From a virus (lineage: Duplodnaviria > Caudoviricetes): a DNA stretch of 64,000 nt. The stretch lies in IMG/VR virus record IMGVR_UViG_3300020037_006332, positions 1 through 64,000 of that record; one strand, 5' to 3'. Under the pieces are notes generated by a model. The model made no database searches, was not told the origin of the DNA, and saw only the letters and a program-made list of their open reading frames with translations. The position numbers and the translations under genes were made by a program. Shown piece after piece: positions 8,659 to 17,172 of this stretch (within the stretch, counting starts at the first letter, position 1; each line of letters opens with the position of its first letter).

Positions 8659-10725
8659 CTACTGAATTCTGGCGTAGTAGGCTTTGAATTGTTCGGTTAG
8701 GTGCCGGCGGTACTGTTCCACGGCGTCAATGAGGCCCTGTTTTTCCCAGAATGCGTAGCACTTCGGGAATGCCTTCTTTAGGCCCTCTAGCCCCTTGGTT
8801 ACTCCCCAAAATCCATCTGGCTTTTTGTGCGACCACGGTTCGCCGCCGGCGGCCTCGAAAATGGCCCGGCCAAACTCGGCGAAACCTTCCCACGTGCTTT
8901 GAACGGCGTAAGCCGATAGGGGCACGTCGCTGTCTTTGACTTGCTTCCACCAGTCGCTGCGTCCGCCGCTGTTGTTGGCAATGGTCCGGACGGCACTGGT
9001 TTGGATTTCCTCTAGGAATGCTTCTACCCATTCCTGGTTTTTGGATAGCTCGAATTGGCCGGTCCCTCCGCAGTCCAGGGCGTGGGCAAATTCATGGGCA
9101 TAAATTCCTTCATTGCCGGAGCCGGCGACGTTGTGGATCGTGTTGTCGCCAGCCGCGTAGAATCCGCCCACGGTAAACCCGGCGGGCCTGCCGGTGCGTT
9201 TCTCGAATTCGGCTTGCAGGGACTCCCGGTTAGCGTAGGCTTTCATGCCGCCGGCCGTCCCCTTGGCGATGCGTTCCTTAGCCTTGGCTGAAAACCCACG
9301 CATGGATTTTCGCATTCCGGTTTTGTATTGCTCCGGCTTGCGGCCGTAGTTCGGGGCGTACTCGCCAAGGGCTTCGTTCATTTCCTTTTCAAAGTATTCC
9401 CCTAGGATTCGCTGCGTTTCTAGTGATAGCTCGGCACGCTCACGGGGCTGGTTTATAAAGTTAATTCCCCGGGCGTCGGCGGCGGCGTTGACTATCCTTT
9501 GTTGGATTGTGTTCAGGTTCTCGCCGGTATTGAATGCGGCGTGCAGCATGTCGCCGGTAATGCCTAGCGGGGCTAATTTCTTCACCAGCCCGGGCGAGAT
9601 ATCGACTAGATGGAAAGCATACTTGGGGTCTAGTTTGTAGTCGAACCAATCCCGGCGGCTGACGGTATCGACTAGCTCGTCGGTACTGCTGTCGATGGCG
9701 TCGGCCAGCTTCTCCCCCACGGCGACGCGGCTGGTGCCGGTGCTTTCGTCGAAAAGCGATTGCTGGCCCTTGGCGGCCTTGCGTTTGGGTGCGGCGGATT
9801 CTCCGGGCCCGTCCCCAAACTTTCCATCGGCCGCCCGGGGGTGCTTACTTTCGTCCCACGCATAGCGAAACTGGCGGGCGTAGCGGTAGACGGATTCGGC
9901 TCGGCGGAATCGCTGGGCGTATTGTTCCACGGCGTCCACCAGCCCATGCTTGTGCCAATAGGCGTAGCACTGCGGAAACTGAGTTTTGGCGGCCTCGGGG
10001 TCTTCAAATAAAAGCCGGCCAAACTCGGCGAAACCCTCCTCGGATCGCGTGCAGGCGTAGGCCGATAACGGCACTTCCCACGGCACTAGATCGTGCCACC
10101 AGTTATCGAAATTGCCGGAATTAAAGCCGGCTTCCATTGCGTCCAGGACGGTCTGGTTAATTATCTCGGCTCGCCATGCGTCTTCCCACTCGTTCGTTTG
10201 GGAAAACTCATACCGCTTTCCGTTCCAGTCAATCGCGTGGGCAAACTCGTGGGCGTAGCTCCCGGCCTGACCTTCCGTGGCAATGGTTGCTATGTAGCCC
10301 TTACTGCGGTCAAAAAACCCCATCACGCCTGCGTTTTCGGGGAGCCCTGACGCTACCGAAATTTCGGCGGAATCTTCGTAAGCCTCGAATCCATTGGGGC
10401 ACGAATTGCTAATCCGCTCGATGGCCTTGCGGCTGAATCGGTCCAGCACGCTGGCCATCTGCTGGCGGTACGCCTTGACGTTATCCCGGGATAAAAACGC
10501 CTTGCTTTCTTGCCCCGGGAAAGTCTTTAGCTTGTGGGATTGCCGTAGCCGTTCCTCGATGCTCTGGCGGTGGTCGGTTGGTTCAGGGGCCGATGGTTCG
10601 GCTCCGCCGCCCTCGCCAAACTTCCCGTCTTCGGCCCTCGGGTGCTTACTTTCGTCCCACTGGGCGGCGTAGCGGTCCAGGTAGGTGAATTCGGCGAATG
10701 CCAGCCGGTAGGCTAGGTCGTTCAT
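8659..10725 (-). CDS. Putative internal virion protein with two zincin (HEFAH...EGFAE) metallopeptidase-like domains
   Basis: Start re-assigned to MNDLAY (10725). Two HEFAH motifs, each with a downstream LSAYA..EGFAEF; two WDESKHPR motifs. Confidence 0.75.
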   Translation of the reverse strand: MNDLAYRLAFAEFTYLDRYAAQWDESKHPRAEDGKFGEGGGAEPSAPEPTDHRQSIEERLRQSHKLKTFPGQESKAFLSRDNVKAYRQQMASVLDRFSRKAIERISNSCPNGFEAYEDSAEISVASGLPENAGVMGFFDRSKGYIATIATEGQAGSYAHEFAHAIDWNGKRYEFSQTNEWEDAWRAEIINQTVLDAMEAGFNSGNFDNWWHDLVPWEVPLSAYACTRSEEGFAEFGRLLFEDPEAAKTQFPQCYAYWHKHGLVDAVEQYAQRFRRAESVYRYARQFRYAWDESKHPRAADGKFGDGPGESAAPKRKAAKGQQSLFDESTGTSRVAVGEKLADAIDSSTDELVDTVSRRDWFDYKLDPKYAFHLVDISPGLVKKLAPLGITGDMLHAAFNTGENLNTIQQRIVNAAADARGINFINQPRERAELSLETQRILGEYFEKEMNEALGEYAPNYGRKPEQYKTGMRKSMRGFSAKAKERIAKGTAGGMKAYANRESLQAEFEKRTGRPAGFTVGGFYAAGDNTIHNVAGSGNEGIYAHEFAHALDCGGTGQFELSKNQEWVEAFLEEIQTSAVRTIANNSGGRSDWWKQVKDSDVPLSAYAVQSTWEGFAEFGRAIFEAAGGEPWSHKKPDGFWGVTKGLEGLKKAFPKCYAFWEKQGLIDAVEQYRRHLTEQFKAYYARIQ

Positions 10726-10778
10726 GGTGGCATCCTTGCCAGTGGTGGGAATCCCGCTGGCCCATGATACCAAACCGG

Positions 10779-11087
10779 CTAGCGGTTGGTAAACGTCTTG
10801 CCGCGTTTCTTGACTTTGCTGGGGGCTAATTCCTTGGCTGTGGCGGTGCTTTGGCGGATGATCTTGCGGGTGAGCCGGTCCAGCCGCTCGGCTTCGGTTT
10901 CCGGGGCTCGGGGCGGATCGACGGCCCGATAGCGGAGCATGCAACCGGCCCACGGGAATTGCTGGTTGAATCGCACGGCGGGGCGGTTCAGGCGTTCCAG
11001 GTGCGAATCTCGAAGTTCGCGGGTCGGGTAGCTCTTGAACGTCCGCCAGCCGGCTTTTTCGTCGAAGATTTCAATGCTAAAGTTCAT
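10779..11087 (-). CDS. Hypothetical protein
   Basis: Start MNFSIEIF coupled to the upstream ORF. Confidence 0.5.
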   Translation of the reverse strand: MNFSIEIFDEKAGWRTFKSYPTRELRDSHLERLNRPAVRFNQQFPWAGCMLRYRAVDPPRAPETEAERLDRLTRKIIRQSTATAKELAPSKVKKRGKTFTNR

Positions 11088-11337
11088 GCGGTTCCTCGCG
11101 TTCGGCGGCCAGTCCGCCAACTAGGTAATTTCGGATTTCCTCGATAAGCCGATGCCGGCTGCCGTCCGGTATGCCGGGGTGCCCGTGGTCGCATCGGTTG
11201 GAAATCGTGATCGAGCCCGGGAAATCCTGGTCGAACCTGATTGTTTCGCCGGCATCGGTGCGGTCAATTATCGCGTCCACGATTTCGCGGCAAAGCCGGT
11301 TGATCGTTTCGTCGGACTTGACGCCTTTACGGGCCAT
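11077..11337 (-). CDS. Hypothetical protein
   Basis: Co-oriented ORF. Confidence 0.55.
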   Translation of the reverse strand: MARKGVKSDETINRLCREIVDAIIDRTDAGETIRFDQDFPGSITISNRCDHGHPGIPDGSRHRLIEEIRNYLVGGLAAEREEPHEL

Positions 11338-11358
11338 CGCGGGTTAATTCCGGGGGTG

Positions 11359-11402
11359 AAAAAACCGGGGGCAAGGGTAGTGTTAGACCCCTCGCCCCCG
11401 GC
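11359..11402 (-). terminator. Intrinsic terminator
   Basis: GC-rich hairpin CCGGGGGC...GCCCCCGG followed by a T-run on the minus strand. Confidence 0.7.
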
Positions 11403-11443
11403 GGTTCAGGAGGTTGACGCATGAGGTCGCCAACTAGGTGCCC

Positions 11444-11471
11444 ACTATAGCGAGCGGTTTTGGCTTGTCAA
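11444..11471 (-). promoter_or_regulatory. Sigma70-like promoter with TAYAGCGAGCG operator
   Basis: TTGACA-N16-TATAGT with CGCTCGC adjoining the -10. Confidence 0.7.
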
Positions 11472-14400
11472 GCGTACCGCCAGCGGGGCCGGTAGTAGCG
11501 TTCCACGCTGCCGCTGGCGGCGTTGCGGGCTTGGAGGTCTTTTAGGTGCGGGAAGTCTTTGAGGATTTCCTGGGGGATGGTGCCGCCCTGGGCGATGTGG
11601 TCCTTCATGGCGGCCACGTAGTCGCGGTTCGCCTGCTGGACGTCGTAGTCCCCTTTCTTGCCGGCTTTCTGTAGGTGGTGCCACTGGGCCCTGGTGAATC
11701 CCCATTCGTTGGCTGGTCGGCCGCCGCCGGACTTGGGTGGCTCGGGTTTCTTGGGCGGTTCCGGGTCTTTGGGCTCGGGGGTCTTCGCTTCGGGCTGGTT
11801 GGGCTTGCTTTCTTCGGCGGCCTGCTGGGCTTTGCCGATTAGGCCATGCTTCTGCCAAAACGCATAGCACTTGGGGAATTTCTCTTTGGCTAGTTCCTCG
11901 TTCTCGAAAATAAAACGGGCATATTCCGCAAACCCCTCTGAGGCGTTTTTGTTGGCGTATTCGGAAAGTCGGTAGCCATGCTGGCGGCTATATTTGATTT
12001 CATCCTGGTACGCGACTTGCCACTGCGTATCGCTGGATAATTTCGATTCGCTGTAGCGGAATTTAGCATCTAGGATATGGGCTTTCCGCTCCCACGCATC
12101 GCGGTCAAAGTCGATGGCGTGGCCCAGCTCGTGGGCCAGAATCGACGCGGGCCCCATGTCTCCCATGTCCTTTTCGAGTGGCACCACTAGCTCGCCCTTT
12201 TGGCCTGCGAAATAGCCGCCAATGCGGCTGTTTTGCGTGTTGATACGCTGGCGGCTGGCGGCTGCGTAGGCCCGGGTCACTGACAGCGTATCGCTGTGGA
12301 CTTCGATTTTTTGGACGGATTTGCTAATCCGCTCGGCGGATTTCGGGGAGAACGTATTGAGGACGGCCCGGACGGATGCGTTAAAGCCTTGCATTTGCTC
12401 CGGCTTGGCTTTGAAAGCCACCATTTTGCCGGACTGATTGGCCATTTTCTTGACGTCGCCGGGGTTAATTTTGGCGAATGCGGCGGCCACGGTTTTGCGG
12501 AATGGATTATCTGCCGGGTCTTCTTCTTCCGGTTCTGGTTCGGGCTCGGGTGCTTTGGGCGGCTCGGGCTTCTCGGGTGGGCCATCGAATAGCCCCTTCT
12601 GCCCCTTGCTGGGCTTTACCCGGACGTCTTCGGTAGTCGCTCCGCCGCCCTCGCCAAACTTCCCGTCGGCCGCTCGGGGGTGTTTACTTTCGTCCCATTC
12701 GTAGCGGGCCACGTCGCCCCGGCGGGCAAACGGCACGGCGTCCAGTTCCTCGGGGGTGGCGTCGTGCTCGCCCCAGTCTTCCCAGCCGCCGCCCTCGCCT
12801 TCCGGGGCCATCCCGGATTTATTGGCGTTGTACAAGATTTCGGCGGCTTGGCGGATTAGCTTGGGGTCGGTTTTGCTAGGCTTTTCGGGCGGGTTGCGGA
12901 GTAAATCCCAAAGCCGGCCGGCTAGGTCTTCATCGTCGGCATTGGCCCCGCCTTCGTAGCCCCGGCCGATGCCCAGCTCGGGAATGCTGCTGGCCAGCCG
13001 GCGGGCGATATCGTCCAGGCCGGGGACGCTGGCGGCGTCGCCGCCGGTGTTCTCCAGGTGGGCTAGTTGCTTTGGGGTTAGGCCGGTTTGCTTGCGGGCT
13101 TCGGCGATAGCGTCCAGGGTGGGCTGGTAGGCTTCGGCCTTTTCCTGGTAAACGTGGTCCAGGGTTTTGGCTAATTCTTCCGGGTCGACGCCCCAGTCTT
13201 CGGCCTCACGGGCGACTAGCTGGTTCGATAGGTCATCCACCTTTTGGCCACGCATCCGCTCACGCGGGGCCTGGGCGTTGGCGGGCTGCTGGTCGGTGTG
13301 TTTGACGTTGCCGATCTTGGCATTGTTGCGGGCTAGGTATTTCTTGGCCCGGGCGGTCATTTCGTCCTGAATCGCCTTGCGGACGGTGGGGTCGCTGGCG
13401 ATGCCCGGGGCGAGATAGACGTCGGCGTCAATCTTCCCAGTCTGGCCGGTGGCCCGTTTCATTTCAAACGCCCCGGCGACCTTGCTGTCGTGGATCACGG
13501 TGACGGTGACCGTGCCGGTGGCCTTGTCGGTCTTAATGCCCACCTGAAGGGCCTTGCGGACTTGGCTGGCGGTGCCGGCCGTCGGCTTCGGTTTCTCGGG
13601 GGCGGGCTGGGCCTGCCGGGTTTTAGATTCCGCGATAGCGGCCCTGGCTTCGGCCAGTAGGTCCTGCTTCCGCTTGATATCGGCGTCCAGCTTGCTGGGT
13701 TTCTTGCCGGCCTTTCCTTTGGGCTCGGGCTGCTTCTTGTTGATGCTGCTGACGTTCTGGCCGGTTAAATTCTTGGGTCCGGCGTGGATATGGCCGTTGT
13801 CGTCAATCAGCACGGGGGTGCCGCCGTCGCCCTCGTGGGCCCCGATGGTGACCCAGCGGGCGTAACGTAGGATTTTCCCGGGGCGGCGGTTGCGTTCGGT
13901 GTCTGCCTGACGCATCGAAGCCAGAGAAGCCCGGTTCTCGGCTAGGACATTTTCCAGGGCGGCAATCTGTTTCTTGAGCTGCTTCTGCTCTTTTGCGTTC
14001 AGGGTCGGGAGCATGGCCGCCCCACGCTCTAGGGCTTCCTCTAGCTGGCTGTTTTGCTTTTCAAGGTGGGCAATATCTTTGGCAAAGCCGGTTGGCTCGG
14101 CCTTCTCGGCCGGGGCAAAGTCAGCCCGGACGTCTTCCGGGAGTTCAATTCCGTCGTGCTTCGCGTCGCTGATAGCCCCGACGTGCTGGCGATAAGTCGG
14201 TGTGTCAATCTCGTGGCTGCCAATCATCTTATCGACGTCCAGGCTAGAGATATCCAGCCACCCTTGCTTGCCTCCCACAAAGATTTGCAGGCCGTTGCCG
14301 TGGGCCCGGATATGGGCCGGATCGGCGAGCGGCGTGGCTCGCATTTGCGTGGTGTGGTAAACAGTTTCGCCGGATTTGATTTTCTCGGCGATGGCCTTGG

Positions 14401-16354
14401 CCGTAGTCTCGGCCCACTGCTTTTTAGTCCACTTCGTAAGGTCCGGGCGGCTGCCGCCGCTGGAGCCCCCGCCGCTGCCAAACTTCCCATCGGCGTCACG
14501 TGGGTGCTTGTCTTCATCCCATAGGCCCCGCTGGTGGTCGCCGTAGCGGTCTACGTCGCCGCCCCGGGCGTTCCGGCTGGGTTCGGGGATGTTCGACGGG
14601 AATAGCGGGCTGGGGCTGCCGTCATCCGGGTCGTCGTCATCGCCGCCCCCGGGAAACCACCCGTCCCCGTCTTCGGCTTCGGCTTCGCCGCCGGGGTTAA
14701 TTTCGGGGGTGTCTTGGCCCACGGTTTCCTTGAGTTTGGCGAATGCCTTATGGGCGTCGCTGGAGTGGAATTCGCTTACCAGCTTGGCCCGAAGCTGGTT
14801 GGCGGTGGGGTTATTGCTGCCGCTATTGGGGCTCATGCCGGCGGCTTTGGTTAAATCTCCCTGGGGAGCCGTGGCGGCGTTGGGGTCGTTCGGGTCGCCG
14901 CCCTGGCCTTGCATGGCGGCCATTTGCTGCTGGCCGGCGGCCGTGGCCTGGGGGTTTTGCAGGGTGGGCTCGTCGGGTTCGGGGATGGCGGCCCCGATGG
15001 CGTCCAGGACGTCGGACTCTTTCAGGCGGGCCCCCATGTTCCAAGCCTTTTCCATGCCGGCCAGCTTGGCTTCGACGTCGGGTAGCTGGGTCTGAATCAC
15101 AAACCGCATATCGACGTTATGGGCACTGGCGTCGTTATAGATTTTGAGCGGCTTGAGTAGGTCGCGGGTAATCGTTTCTTCCAGATTCGTGGCGTCAAAT
15201 TTGACGATATCGAGCATGGTCTGCAAATGGAGGTCGGCCACGCCGGAGCCCATGCCGGTGGCTTCGGCTTCGCTGGTGAGCACTTGGCCCAAAATGTAGC
15301 GTTTGATGCGGTGGCCAAAGTAGCCGTTTAGCAGGTTCTGGAATGCCTCGATGCCGCCCGGGTTGGGCTCGATGTGCTCGACGCCGTAGGCCATGCTGGT
15401 ATCCCCCAGCGGCTTAGGAAACAGGACGATGGTTTTGCGGCCGTTGCGGTTCTCGGCGGCGTTCTTGACGTCCTGGTAGGCGGAGTCGTTGCCTTCGGGG
15501 TAGTACCAGATTTCAAAGCCTAGGGCGGCTCGCTCCAGAAACTCCAGAAACAGCCCCAGCATTTCCTGCTTCTGAAACCACTCCCAGTAAATCCGGGAGC
15601 GGATACCGACGCCGTGGATGCTGCCGGCGTCCAGCGGGGACTCGTAGGCGGCGTCTTCGATCAGATATTTGTGGATGGCCACCATCGACCGCTCGTGGGG
15701 GGCTAAAAACGTGGCTAGCCCGGCCTCGGTCGGGACCACGACGCGGCCGTCGATCAGGTCGTGGGGCTTGAATTGGGAGCCCACGCGGATGCCCACTTCG
15801 TCGCGGGGGTGTTCGTCGCTGCCGTCATCCTGCCGGAAAACCAGCTTGTCGCCGTTAATGGGGAGCCAATCGTCGACGATGATATCGCGGCCGTTGGGGG
15901 TAATTTTCCAGCCGAAACGGTGCTGGATGGCGTAACGGCCGTACCAAATAGCCTCGGACAGCGTGTAGCGGTACTTGGTAAAATTGCGAGTGGCCCGGAG
16001 GATGTTAGTCATCCGCTCTTGCAGGGCCTTGTGGTGGGGCAGGTCGGGCCCGTCGACTTCGATATGCCAGTCCAGCAGGGCTACGGATCGCATCCGCTGC
16101 TCCAGGCACTCCATCACGCCGATGTCGTTCCTCATGTAGCGGGCGTTATCAAGCGAATGCTTGAGGGCCTCGTCCGGGCTGCGGAACGTCTTGGCGATGG
16201 TCGAAACGATGCCCTGGAACGTGTGGACCGTCGGCATGACCGGGCGGCCCATATTGGGCGGGGCGGCCTTAAACTTCCGGGCGGGATCGCGGCGGTTGGC
16301 GTTGTCGAATTCGTTGCCCTTAGTGGGCCCGCTGCCGGGAGTTTGCTGGATCAT
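11468..16354 (-). CDS. Portal protein (Mu gp29/DUF935-like N-terminal ~500 aa) fused to ~1100 aa of extra modules including a zincin domain
   Basis: N-terminal portal-like motifs (LSEAIWYG, IKRYILGQVLTSE, ADLH..T..DIVKFDA..LEETIT); C-terminal HELGH...LSEYA..EGFAEY; start re-assigned to MIQQ at 16354. Confidence 0.8.
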   Translation of the reverse strand: MIQQTPGSGPTKGNEFDNANRRDPARKFKAAPPNMGRPVMPTVHTFQGIVSTIAKTFRSPDEALKHSLDNARYMRNDIGVMECLEQRMRSVALLDWHIEVDGPDLPHHKALQERMTNILRATRNFTKYRYTLSEAIWYGRYAIQHRFGWKITPNGRDIIVDDWLPINGDKLVFRQDDGSDEHPRDEVGIRVGSQFKPHDLIDGRVVVPTEAGLATFLAPHERSMVAIHKYLIEDAAYESPLDAGSIHGVGIRSRIYWEWFQKQEMLGLFLEFLERAALGFEIWYYPEGNDSAYQDVKNAAENRNGRKTIVLFPKPLGDTSMAYGVEHIEPNPGGIEAFQNLLNGYFGHRIKRYILGQVLTSEAEATGMGSGVADLHLQTMLDIVKFDATNLEETITRDLLKPLKIYNDASAHNVDMRFVIQTQLPDVEAKLAGMEKAWNMGARLKESDVLDAIGAAIPEPDEPTLQNPQATAAGQQQMAAMQGQGGDPNDPNAATAPQGDLTKAAGMSPNSGSNNPTANQLRAKLVSEFHSSDAHKAFAKLKETVGQDTPEINPGGEAEAEDGDGWFPGGGDDDDPDDGSPSPLFPSNIPEPSRNARGGDVDRYGDHQRGLWDEDKHPRDADGKFGSGGGSSGGSRPDLTKWTKKQWAETTAKAIAEKIKSGETVYHTTQMRATPLADPAHIRAHGNGLQIFVGGKQGWLDISSLDVDKMIGSHEIDTPTYRQHVGAISDAKHDGIELPEDVRADFAPAEKAEPTGFAKDIAHLEKQNSQLEEALERGAAMLPTLNAKEQKQLKKQIAALENVLAENRASLASMRQADTERNRRPGKILRYARWVTIGAHEGDGGTPVLIDDNGHIHAGPKNLTGQNVSSINKKQPEPKGKAGKKPSKLDADIKRKQDLLAEARAAIAESKTRQAQPAPEKPKPTAGTASQVRKALQVGIKTDKATGTVTVTVIHDSKVAGAFEMKRATGQTGKIDADVYLAPGIASDPTVRKAIQDEMTARAKKYLARNNAKIGNVKHTDQQPANAQAPRERMRGQKVDDLSNQLVAREAEDWGVDPEELAKTLDHVYQEKAEAYQPTLDAIAEARKQTGLTPKQLAHLENTGGDAASVPGLDDIARRLASSIPELGIGRGYEGGANADDEDLAGRLWDLLRNPPEKPSKTDPKLIRQAAEILYNANKSGMAPEGEGGGWEDWGEHDATPEELDAVPFARRGDVARYEWDESKHPRAADGKFGEGGGATTEDVRVKPSKGQKGLFDGPPEKPEPPKAPEPEPEPEEEDPADNPFRKTVAAAFAKINPGDVKKMANQSGKMVAFKAKPEQMQGFNASVRAVLNTFSPKSAERISKSVQKIEVHSDTLSVTRAYAAASRQRINTQNSRIGGYFAGQKGELVVPLEKDMGDMGPASILAHELGHAIDFDRDAWERKAHILDAKFRYSESKLSSDTQWQVAYQDEIKYSRQHGYRLSEYANKNASEGFAEYARFIFENEELAKEKFPKCYAFWQKHGLIGKAQQAAEESKPNQPEAKTPEPKDPEPPKKPEPPKSGGGRPANEWGFTRAQWHHLQKAGKKGDYDVQQANRDYVAAMKDHIAQGGTIPQEILKDFPHLKDLQARNAASGSVERYYRPRWRYA

Positions 16355-16393
16355 ATTCGCATCCTTGCGGTGGGCTGCTAAAATCGGGCCATC

Positions 16394-16693
16394 ATGGCAC
16401 GGAATGCCCACCAATGTCTGGCGTGTCTGCGGCTCTTAGATGAGACAGCAATTTCGCTGACTGGTGGGGCACGCAAGCATATCTGTTTTGCGTGTTGGAA
16501 AACGCTCCCGAAGTTTAGGCGGATACAGTTGCAGTTGTTTTGCCGAACGGTGCCAGACGGGGGCGTCGGCATCCGGGAATTCCTGCTCCGGCTTGTGGAA
16601 GCGATGGAGCGGGCGGCGGAATACGACGAAACCGATGAGCCCGATGACGATATCGAGCCCGGCGGCCCCGGCTGGAGCCCTCAGTGTAACTAA
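16394..16693 (+). CDS. Possible Zn-finger protein (CxxC...CxxC, acidic tail)
   Basis: Plus-strand ORF filling the gap between portal and HNH; stop overlaps the HNH stop. Confidence 0.4.
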   Translation: MARNAHQCLACLRLLDETAISLTGGARKHICFACWKTLPKFRRIQLQLFCRTVPDGGVGIREFLLRLVEAMERAAEYDETDEPDDDIEPGGPGWSPQCN

Positions 16694-17172
16694 ATCGAGT
16701 GCTTTCGTCTTCGCTGGTTCGCGTTCTGCTCGGATCGTGTAGCCCATCGGCAGTTTTCTGGCGTGTAGTCGCCGTCGTTGTCTATCCGGTCGATGCTGTG
16801 CCGGGGGCTGGGCTTGCGGCCCATGTCGGCCAAGAAATTGGCGTATCCATCGACGCCTAGCCAGCGGTCACAAACGCGGATTCCACGGCCACCCCAGTGC
16901 CTAAATCCCTTTAACTTGGGATTAGTGGTTCTCTGGACCATGCCATTCCAGCTCTGGTATTCCGTTGCGACTTTGCCGTGCGGTGCATCCCCGTGGCGAG
17001 TGTTTGGCGGGCGTTCCGCTCTAATACAGCCGCAACTTTTTGTCATTCCACGCTGGACGTTAAATTTGTCGGCAATCCTGAGCGTTCCGCACGTGCATAG
17101 GAATGCCCATGTCCGTTGCTTTACTGGCCCAATTGCCAGCAGTCGGCCGTAGAGTTTTCCGCGTTCAATCAT
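16690..17172 (-). CDS. Free-standing HNH homing endonuclease
   Basis: CTCG/SCGC, GGRGIRVCDRW, SIDRIDNDGDYTPENCRWAT; start MIERG coupled by ATGA overlap. Confidence 0.85.
   Translation of the reverse strand: MIERGKLYGRLLAIGPVKQRTWAFLCTCGTLRIADKFNVQRGMTKSCGCIRAERPPNTRHGDAPHGKVATEYQSWNGMVQRTTNPKLKGFRHWGGRGIRVCDRWLGVDGYANFLADMGRKPSPRHSIDRIDNDGDYTPENCRWATRSEQNANQRRRKHSI

Noticed and set aside
9808-14521. KHPR DNA repeats as CRISPR or mobile-element repeats
   Set aside because: Irregular kb-scale spacing, always in frame, with synonymous variation; no cas or transposase genes
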